IMG/VR virus record: IMGVR_UViG_3300021958_000023
Location: 1 to 64,000 of that record
Source of the DNA: a virus
Lineage: Duplodnaviria > Caudoviricetes
Length of the DNA stretch: 64,000 bases
Strand: one strand, 5' to 3'
The translations under genes were made by a program, and so were the position numbers. Below are positions 57,635 to 64,000 of this stretch, piece after piece. A model generated the notes under the pieces. It made no database searches and was not told the origin of the DNA. It worked only from the letters and a program-made list of their open reading frames with translations. The stretch's first letter is position 1; the number at the start of each line of letters is the position of its first letter.

Positions 57635-58741
57635 TTAAACTTGAGCACCTGTTGCTACATTAAAAATTCGAGCTCCAATTTCTCCTACATCTGTTGCTGG
57701 AGCATCAGCACTAAAAGGAAAACTTTGAATTGAGTTTACTGAATTAGTATTAACAGCAGGTGAATATGATCCTCCTAATGAGTAACCGCTACTAGTAGAA
57801 CTAGAAGGAGCATTGTAGTATACTCCTTGAACTAGCTCTCCTACATCAGAGCCGTTTGAATCGTTAGAAAATAAAAATTTATGTATAGTATTAGTAGCTG
57901 CAGGAAAAGGAGATCCTCCCGCATAGTATCCTGCTAATGCTGAGGATACAGAAGTTCCACGATCTGTCTGAGGGTACGAAACAAAAGAAGATGTTTGGGT
58001 TGTTTCTGTAGCGTAAGAAAATTTTATCACAGCTGTAGCTGGAGGTCCTATAGGAGTAAGAGCATTAAATAAAAATGCTTCCGTAGGCGTTCCTGTAGCA
58101 GCATAGTAACCTGCATTAGCTAATTCTCCTACATCAGTTGCCGGAGTAGTAGAAGAAGCAAAAGGAAATTTTGAAATAGTATCTAAATTTCCTACTGGAT
58201 ACGGAGTGGTATAAACTGGAACGTCGTTTTGTCCTCCGTATCCTCCATAAACATAACCAGTATCGGAAGACGAGGACCCTGCTTTATTATATCCTGTATA
58301 CTGTGTCCAAATAGTAGCTAGAGCATAGGTATCAGAAGCATAACTAATAGACCAAGAAGCTCCTCGAATATTAAAAGGTTGAGGTTGTGGATATATTGGA
58401 TGACCTATTTCATAAGCATAGTCCGTTCCTGATACTCCTATTGAAGCACCTGCGGTTCTTGATTCAGGACCTAGTAATGGAGTATCTCCAATATTAGTCT
58501 GCGTAGCTTCATTTGCAAAAGAAAATTTAATAGCATCTGACGGTAAATAGGGAGAAGTTGGTCGATATGTTCCTCCTATTTTATAACCATAAGTTTCTCC
58601 TTGCATAGTAGGAACAGGAGCTTTAAATATAGAATCAGTTGAAGAAATTGCTTCAAAACCGTTAGCAGTGTGTGCTACTCTATAACCATCTTGAACGTTG
58701 GCAGGAACTTGAATATATGCAAGAGGTATTTTTTTGGTCAT
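57635..58741 (-). CDS. Adhesin paralogue with KFPFAS..ATDVGEL propeller repeats
   Basis: Repeats as in 6238-7335; AAGGAG RBS. Confidence 0.7.
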   Translation of the reverse strand: MTKKIPLAYIQVPANVQDGYRVAHTANGFEAISSTDSIFKAPVPTMQGETYGYKIGGTYRPTSPYLPSDAIKFSFANEATQTNIGDTPLLGPESRTAGASIGVSGTDYAYEIGHPIYPQPQPFNIRGASWSISYASDTYALATIWTQYTGYNKAGSSSSDTGYVYGGYGGQNDVPVYTTPYPVGNLDTISKFPFASSTTPATDVGELANAGYYAATGTPTEAFLFNALTPIGPPATAVIKFSYATETTQTSSFVSYPQTDRGTSVSSALAGYYAGGSPFPAATNTIHKFLFSNDSNGSDVGELVQGVYYNAPSSSTSSGYSLGGSYSPAVNTNSVNSIQSFPFSADAPATDVGEIGARIFNVATGAQV

Positions 58742-58750
58742 CTAGCTCCT

Positions 58751-59572
58751 TTAAGCTGGGACAGATATTGTTCCTGCCATGCTGCTGTGGTATTGACAGT
58801 TATAGTAATAAGTTCCTGTTGAGGGTACAGTCCAATCTACGTTGCCAACTTCTTGTCCGTTAGTTCCATTAGTGCCTGTTGCTTGATTTCCAGTTCCTGT
58901 ACTATTAACCGTTTTTACATAGAAAGGGTGTCCTGATGCGTTAACTGCAAATCTAACTTTGTCTCCAGCATAAAATGTTAATGTTGGATTACTAGTTGAT
59001 GAATTAACTGTGCCATTTCTATCACTGCCTGAAAAATTATATGCGCTAGCAAAGTCGTTTGTAACAGATAGAGTATAATCAGGGCTGAATGTAGTAGAAG
59101 TAGAAGTATCTGCAATAGATACACTATTACTCAATCCGCCTGTTAATGCTCCTACACTATCATAAGTATCTAAAGTAAGAGTTAGAGTTTCTGGTCCCTC
59201 AGTGGCGGCATCTGATGCAAGAGTAAATGTAACCTGTCCTTGATCAGAAGTTAATGTAATCGATCCTGAAATGCTTCCCGCGCTTAAATCTGCAGAGTCA
59301 ATCCCAGTTACACTATAACCTACTGTGGTGCCATTTACTGAATTAGCTGTATTAACAGTAAAAGTAACTGACTGACCTTCGTCTATCGAAGCTGCACTAG
59401 TTGTAAGTGTGTTATACCTAATTCCTGTATCTACATAGTCAAATATAGAATCAGTTGGAGAAATAAATTCAATTTTATTATTAGCCTGTACATAAACAGC
59501 TTTATAACCGTCTTGTGCAGCTACAAAACTACTAACATCTATTTGTGAAATATCTAATTTTGTAGTGCTCAT
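58751..59572 (-). CDS. Virion-like protein with an Ig/Calx-like domain and a C-terminal cupredoxin-like domain
   Basis: IDEGQSVTFT...TEGPETLTLT; GHPFY...YYYNCQYHSSM. Confidence 0.65.
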   Translation of the reverse strand: MSTTKLDISQIDVSSFVAAQDGYKAVYVQANNKIEFISPTDSIFDYVDTGIRYNTLTTSAASIDEGQSVTFTVNTANSVNGTTVGYSVTGIDSADLSAGSISGSITLTSDQGQVTFTLASDAATEGPETLTLTLDTYDSVGALTGGLSNSVSIADTSTSTTFSPDYTLSVTNDFASAYNFSGSDRNGTVNSSTSNPTLTFYAGDKVRFAVNASGHPFYVKTVNSTGTGNQATGTNGTNGQEVGNVDWTVPSTGTYYYNCQYHSSMAGTISVPA

Positions 59573-59916
59573 ACTGCAAAGCTTTCTCCACATCCACACT
59601 GTGCTGTTGCATTTGGATTTACTACTTTTAAGTAAGAGCCTCCTAGCTCTTTTACATAATCAATAGTACATCCTGCTACAAACATTTCAGCCATAGAATC
59701 TAAGACTAAAACATCTTCAATAACTGATCCTAGCGTAGTATCTTCTGTAAAATCCCATTTATATTGAAACCCAGAGCAACCACCTCCTGTTACAGAAAGG
59801 TAAACATATTTTTTATTGTGCATACTAATCATCTCTGATAAGTAATTTTTAGCACTTTCAGAGACGTTAATGATAGATAAAATTTTATGTTTTTGCAAGT
59901 GTTCTACTACACTCAT
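59569..59916 (-). CDS. iscA: A-type Fe-S cluster carrier (IscA/HesB)
   Basis: GGGCSGFQY, IDY, NPNA...CGCGESF. Confidence 0.92.
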   Translation of the reverse strand: MSVVEHLQKHKILSIINVSESAKNYLSEMISMHNKKYVYLSVTGGGCSGFQYKWDFTEDTTLGSVIEDVLVLDSMAEMFVAGCTIDYVKELGGSYLKVVNPNATAQCGCGESFAV

Positions 59917-60122
59917 CCATATCTTCCTTTTTCTTGATATTGATCGTATAGTTTTTTAACTAAGTTCCATTTATTTGTAGTAAGTTTGCCGTATCTCATT
60001 TGATCAGAAATCAAACTGCGAATTAATCGAGCATCTGCATCTGTCAAATTCGGACGACTCATAAAATAAGTTTCAAGTTTTCTATCTATATAATTTTTAC
60101 CTTTTTTCCACATTTTTGTCAA
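59913..60122 (-). CDS. Hypothetical protein
   Basis: ORF overlapping its neighbours. Confidence 0.5.
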   Translation of the reverse strand: MTKMWKKGKNYIDRKLETYFMSRPNLTDADARLIRSLISDQMRYGKLTTNKWNLVKKLYDQYQEKGRYG

Positions 60123-60799
60123 CCTTTATTTTTTTGCATTTTATGAAATTGTAGTATTCGACTTCTTAAATCAGAAAAGTGATGAACAGCACTAGCTTCA
60201 AATATTTGGGGTTCTCCATTTTCTACTGTAATCACAATAGCTAAATGACGAATATCTGTTCCATACATTTCATTATGAGCAAAAGCATATGCTGTGCCTT
60301 GTAAAAAATAGTCTTTAATTTGTTTCACATATTTCTTGCGGCGCGAAGTTTTAAAATCAATAATAGCAGGTTTACCTTTCCAAATACCTATCATATCAGA
60401 ACGTCCTGCATATTTTAATTTCTTACTCCAAAGAACTGCTTCTTGTCCCCAAATTTCTTCTATACCAGTTGAAACAGCTTTTATGAGATTGCGGGTCATC
60501 TGAGCTGTTACAAGTTCTTGTTTAGCAAGCTCCTCTGTAACATCTTCCCCATTAAAATAGTGTTCAGCTATCTCGTGAACAATAGTACCACGATCAGTTG
60601 CTTCCTTTGATACTCTACGAGCCTCTTCTTCTCCTACTTTATCTATCCAAGCCTGTAACCAGGTTTTATCAGCTGTTTTGCCTAATAGTGTAGTTATGCT
60701 AGCATAGTCTCCGTCTGGGGTAAAATAAGTTCTACCTGTTTCAAGAGTTTCTGCTTTAATAGTAGTTTTATAGTCGTATTTATTTAAATTTTCTAACAT
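60119..60799 (-). CDS. PD-(D/E)XK exonuclease (Cas4-like phage family)
   Basis: SITTLL, RGT.VH, E..LWS..L.YAGRSD, IIDFKTS, Q..AYA. Confidence 0.88.
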   Translation of the reverse strand: MLENLNKYDYKTTIKAETLETGRTYFTPDGDYASITTLLGKTADKTWLQAWIDKVGEEEARRVSKEATDRGTIVHEIAEHYFNGEDVTEELAKQELVTAQMTRNLIKAVSTGIEEIWGQEAVLWSKKLKYAGRSDMIGIWKGKPAIIDFKTSRRKKYVKQIKDYFLQGTAYAFAHNEMYGTDIRHLAIVITVENGEPQIFEASAVHHFSDLRSRILQFHKMQKNKG

Positions 60800-60909
60800 A
60801 GTTTAATTATATATTAATTTAGTTTTTTTGGCAAGCAATTTATGAAAGAAAGGGCGCCTTTATAGACGCCCCGATAATTGTTCATTTTCTTCTTCAGTGT
60901 ATGGCCACA

Positions 60910-61080
60910 TTATTTTTCTTCTCCACACATTAAGTATTTTGCTTCTTCATAGTATCCCATTTGTGCTAATGCACTTGCTGCTCTTGCACGACCGATACTC
61001 TCTGTAATACTCATTAGTTTATTTCCAAACGAAACTACTGCTTCGCAAAATACACAATATGTTGCTGTAATTGTTGTCAT
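60910..61080 (-). CDS. Small hypothetical protein (56 aa)
   Basis: MTTITATYCVFCE...GRARAASALAQMGYYEEAK; ATGA coupling. Confidence 0.6.
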   Translation of the reverse strand: MTTITATYCVFCEAVVSFGNKLMSITESIGRARAASALAQMGYYEEAKYLMCGEEK

Positions 61081-61208
61081 AGCCAAATTCCTTTTCTCTG
61101 AAGTTCTTTCATTCTATTTTCTAGATCTACATGATCTGTTGCTTTTGCTAGATATTTTGTTGCAGGATCAATCCAAAGATTGTTCCACCATTTTTTAATA
61201 TTTTTCAT
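61077..61208 (-). CDS. DUF3563-like small protein (43 aa)
   Basis: MKNIKKWWNNLWIDPATKYLAKATDHVDLENRMKELQRKGIWL. Confidence 0.6.
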   Translation of the reverse strand: MKNIKKWWNNLWIDPATKYLAKATDHVDLENRMKELQRKGIWL

Positions 61209-61360
61209 TAAAAATTAACTCCTCTTATAGGCGGTTTTCCTTGTTTTAACATAAACTGATACGCCCACTCCCAGTCTTTGCCATATTCTACTTGAGCCCA
61301 ACGCTCAATACTGTTTTCATAATTAGGTCTAATAAACATTCTTTCAAATAATTTTTTCAT
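61208..61360 (-). CDS. Small hypothetical protein
   Basis: RWAQVEYGKDWEWAY; GAGG RBS before ATG 61360. Confidence 0.55.
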   Translation of the reverse strand: MKKLFERMFIRPNYENSIERWAQVEYGKDWEWAYQFMLKQGKPPIRGVNF

Positions 61361-61390
61361 TTTTGCCTCACAAATAAAATGCACACACGC

Positions 61391-61506
61391 AAAAAGGCTC
61401 TGCGACAAATTGTCACAGTGCCTAACTTAGTTTATAGATTTGCTTGAGGAAAGCAATACCCTGTGTCTATCCACAGCGCCACCGCTTTTGAGGCATGGGT
61501 TATGCC
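61391..61506 (-). ncRNA. Candidate structured sRNA or attenuator ending in an intrinsic terminator
   Basis: Four consecutive hairpins; the last is GGCACUGUGACA-AUU-UGUCGCAGAGCC-UUUUU. Confidence 0.45.
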
Positions 61507-61515
61507 GAGAATGAA

Positions 61516-61764
61516 TTAGTCAAATAAATGAACTAATTCTAATACCGCTTGATTTTTTTCTTCAAGTTCTTCTTTATTTCTTTTATGAATTGCTGAAGCT
61601 GCTGCTCTTACAACAGACGGAGCCAATCCATAATCAGCTTTGAGTTTTTTAACAATCTCATTGACTGTTTCTCTTGCTGCTTCGATTTCGTACATTACAT
61701 CAACAATAGAGTTGATAGCTGCTTTTACTTCTTCTTTATCAATTTGTACTATTGATTCTGACAT
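61516..61764 (-). CDS. DsbA/GapR(DUF2312)-like dsDNA-binding protein
   Basis: All-helical 82 aa; E...E...EI...LK..YGL.P.V.R pattern. Confidence 0.55.
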   Translation of the reverse strand: MSESIVQIDKEEVKAAINSIVDVMYEIEAARETVNEIVKKLKADYGLAPSVVRAAASAIHKRNKEELEEKNQAVLELVHLFD

Positions 61765-62191
61765 CGGTTCCCCCTACTACTTTAAATCCTTGTCTTACTA
61801 TTTCTGGTTTTCTTCTAATGATTCTTTCTTCTTCTAAATCTTGCATTATCAATTCAAATAAGTCTTCTACAGATTCTTTTGTGTGATAAACAGTATTATT
61901 AGAAGAAACGCGCTTAAGCTCTGCTAAAGGTTCTAATGATCCTTGTAGTGCTTTTTTCAATACTGTATTTGCTACAATTAAGTTTGCTGAACCGATATAC
62001 TTAAGATCATAATCATCTTCTTCTATTTCTAACTCTTCTTGGTCTTCTTCTTCATAAATAGATAAGTCTCTATTATTAACTAGTTCCCAAGTATCTGCTT
62101 GAAATAATACCCCACTATCATCATCATACAAATCTGCTGGTAAATCTTCTAATATTTCAACAATCTTCTTTTTTAAATCATCATAGTTCAT
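61739..62191 (-). CDS. Hypothetical acidic protein
   Basis: ORF overlapping its neighbours. Confidence 0.55.
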   Translation of the reverse strand: MNYDDLKKKIVEILEDLPADLYDDDSGVLFQADTWELVNNRDLSIYEEEDQEELEIEEDDYDLKYIGSANLIVANTVLKKALQGSLEPLAELKRVSSNNTVYHTKESVEDLFELIMQDLEEERIIRRKPEIVRQGFKVVGGTDVRINSTN

Positions 62192-63048
62192 TTCTGTACT
62201 TCAGGGGAGTAATAAGTAGTTCTACCGTCATCAAGTTTTATTTTAGCAACAGGGTTACCGTATATATCTGTCTTACGACCGTAGATCATAACCCTATTAT
62301 CCCATCTTGCTTCTAACATTTCTTTGGGGTTAGAAGGAAATCTGGTATACTTACCGTGATTATTATACAGATCACTATAATTTCGTATAGTAGATCCTCC
62401 TGATTCATAACTACTTTTTAGTACTTTTTTCACTGCTTCATACAGTTTCATTAGTTCATCGTCTGAACAAGATTCAATAGTTCTTCTTGGATCTATTCCT
62501 GCTAAAAACAGTGCTTCGCTTTTATAGATATTTCCAACACCAGAAATATTTTTCTGATTCATTAAGAATTTTACCATAGAATTTTTATTCCGTCTACGAG
62601 AAATTTCTAACCATTCTGAAGATTGGCATGGATCATTTAGCATATCTGGGCCTATTTCAGAAAGTTTTTTCTGCAAAGCTAACTCTGCATTATCACGAGT
62701 GAAAAACTTTAATGTTCCAAAATTTCTCATATCTGAATAGAAAATTTCTGATCCATCACTGAAGCAAAATTTTACACGAGCATACTTATTATCTTCTGTC
62801 TTAAAAGTGCCTGACATTCCAAGAGTAATAAAGATTGTATCACTATGATCTGTCATCAAATAAATGAACTTGCCTTTATTATTTACTCCAGCTACCGTTT
62901 GTGGTAGTATATCTAAAAAAGCATTATAACCATCTGGCGCTTTTTTAGTATATCTTCCTGTAAGCAGTTCAATATTAGTAAGTTCTTTATTGGCACAAAA
63001 AGAGTGTAGTTGTTTTGCTACAATAGTACATTCTGGTCCTTCAGGCAT
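62188..63048 (-). CDS. mutM: Fpg/Nei DNA glycosylase-AP lyase (zincless finger)
   Basis: N-terminal PEGPE, KGKF, LGMSG, D.RNFG, GPD, GVGNIYKSE, GRTTYY.PEVQ. Confidence 0.92.
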   Translation of the reverse strand: MPEGPECTIVAKQLHSFCANKELTNIELLTGRYTKKAPDGYNAFLDILPQTVAGVNNKGKFIYLMTDHSDTIFITLGMSGTFKTEDNKYARVKFCFSDGSEIFYSDMRNFGTLKFFTRDNAELALQKKLSEIGPDMLNDPCQSSEWLEISRRRNKNSMVKFLMNQKNISGVGNIYKSEALFLAGIDPRRTIESCSDDELMKLYEAVKKVLKSSYESGGSTIRNYSDLYNNHGKYTRFPSNPKEMLEARWDNRVMIYGRKTDIYGNPVAKIKLDDGRTTYYSPEVQK

Positions 63049-63313
63049 TATCAATTCTCTTTAAAAGTTCATAATAAGACTTAGTTAATTCAGCATTGTC
63101 TAGTTTTAGAGCCTCAATTTGAGACTCTAATTCTCCAATTTTTGCTCGTAGATAAGGATTCTCATAGTCTAATTTATGTTTCTTATCTAGTTTTTGAGCT
63201 TCAATTTCTGCTGATTCTTCTCTTAATCTTCTTTGCATATAATTATGATAAGACTCTCTTTGGTTTTCTGACATTTTCAACAATCCAATCTCTATAACCT
63301 GGGCTATTTTCAA
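63041..63313 (-). CDS. Hypothetical coiled-coil protein
   Basis: ORF overlapping its neighbours. Confidence 0.5.
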   Translation of the reverse strand: MKIAQVIEIGLLKMSENQRESYHNYMQRRLREESAEIEAQKLDKKHKLDYENPYLRAKIGELESQIEALKLDNAELTKSYYELLKRIDNA

Positions 63314-63605
63314 GAAAATAAATTTCTTTTTTAACTTCTACAATCGAGTTAGCAAATATTACATTTAGGAAAAACTGATGCCACGGATTTTTAAAATTAA
63401 AAACATTAGATAGTTTTTCATCACTAAAGGTAGAATAAAATTTATTATTCTGTGCAGGATGGGTATAAAACCATTTTTTATCTTGAAGTTTAGTTAACAA
63501 GATACTAATAGAATTAACAACGGCTTCTAATTTTTCTTCTTCTGTTGCTTTATAGTTAACAATCTTATTAACTCTTCTCAAAGCAAACTCATATGGGTTT
63601 AACAT
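63243..63605 (-). CDS. Hypothetical protein
   Basis: AAGGAG RBS. Confidence 0.55.
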   Translation of the reverse strand: MLNPYEFALRRVNKIVNYKATEEEKLEAVVNSISILLTKLQDKKWFYTHPAQNNKFYSTFSDEKLSNVFNFKNPWHQFFLNVIFANSIVEVKKEIYFLENSPGYRDWIVENVRKPKRVLS

Positions 63606-63620
63606 TTTTTCTCCTTGTTA

Positions 63621-63905
63621 TTAGATATGAACAATATAAACTGCACGGTCTGGAGCGTGTGCTCCCCACAGTACTTTCTTATCATAATACACTTTCTTTT
63701 CTACTGAGTCAAGAAATGTATTAATTTGGTCAACTACTTTGTTATATCTATTTGCTTGCATTTCATTTACTACTTCATACCGAGCTTCTTCTAACCAGTT
63801 TAGTGCTTCTTTTGGGTTCCATTTAGCTAAATAATATACATTAGTTAGAATAGCATCAAGTGAATAATAACCTTTAAATACTCCAAATCCTGATGATTTT
63901 GCCAT
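63621..63905 (-). CDS. Hypothetical protein
   Basis: AGGA RBS. Confidence 0.55.
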   Translation of the reverse strand: MAKSSGFGVFKGYYSLDAILTNVYYLAKWNPKEALNWLEEARYEVVNEMQANRYNKVVDQINTFLDSVEKKVYYDKKVLWGAHAPDRAVYIVHI

Positions 63906-64000
63906 TTATTTTCCTATGAGTTTTGAATTAGTGGTAATTGAATATTAATTAAATCTTCGTAACAATTAATAATAAATCTAGCGTATGCAATATCTCCTAA

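Noticed and set aside
1-64000. CRISPR array or Cas system; stop-codon reassignment; integrase or transposase
   Set aside because: No regularly spaced direct repeats; the Cas4-like gene is a solo phage exonuclease; known genes are full length in the standard code with no suppressor tRNA; no mobility enzymes recognised

Overview
This 64-kb window is a segment of a large, AT-rich, tailed dsDNA phage (T4-like or jumbo myovirus style). It is probably marine, and a proteobacterial host is my inference from gene content. Layout: (1) 1-9.9 kb, + strand: virion and tail-fibre genes. (2) 9.9-26.5 kb, - strand: many small early-type genes behind sigma70-like TTGCNN-N17-TAnnAT promoters, 7 tRNAs, a T7 gp0.7-like kinase, a CmoA-like enzyme, Hsp20 and glycosyltransferases. 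(3) 26.55-28.6 kb: a 2-kb region with no credible protein gene that resolves into five tandem, individually promoted structured RNAs (about 240, 170, 770, 550 and 95 nt); the 550-nt one resembles ROOL. (4) PhoH, peroxiredoxin, tail fibre and adhesin, SleB hydrolase and 2 more tRNAs. (5) 38.85-48.77 kb: an inverted, AT-rich 13-gene operon with four radical SAM/SPASM-type enzymes, a cupin, 2OG-Fe(II) oxygenases, a GNAT-like protein and a 200-aa protein ending in CHASCHSNCHGSRGRR. This is a candidate RiPP-like protein-modification system. (6) ThyX, a lysis cassette, more adhesin paralogues, IscA/HesB, an exonuclease and Fpg. The best candidates for undescribed biology are the radical SAM/(CHxx)3 operon, the large ncRNA array, and a tRNA-Ile(UAU) carrying a second GAU-loop arm. 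All family assignments come from motif recognition by eye; no database searches were run.
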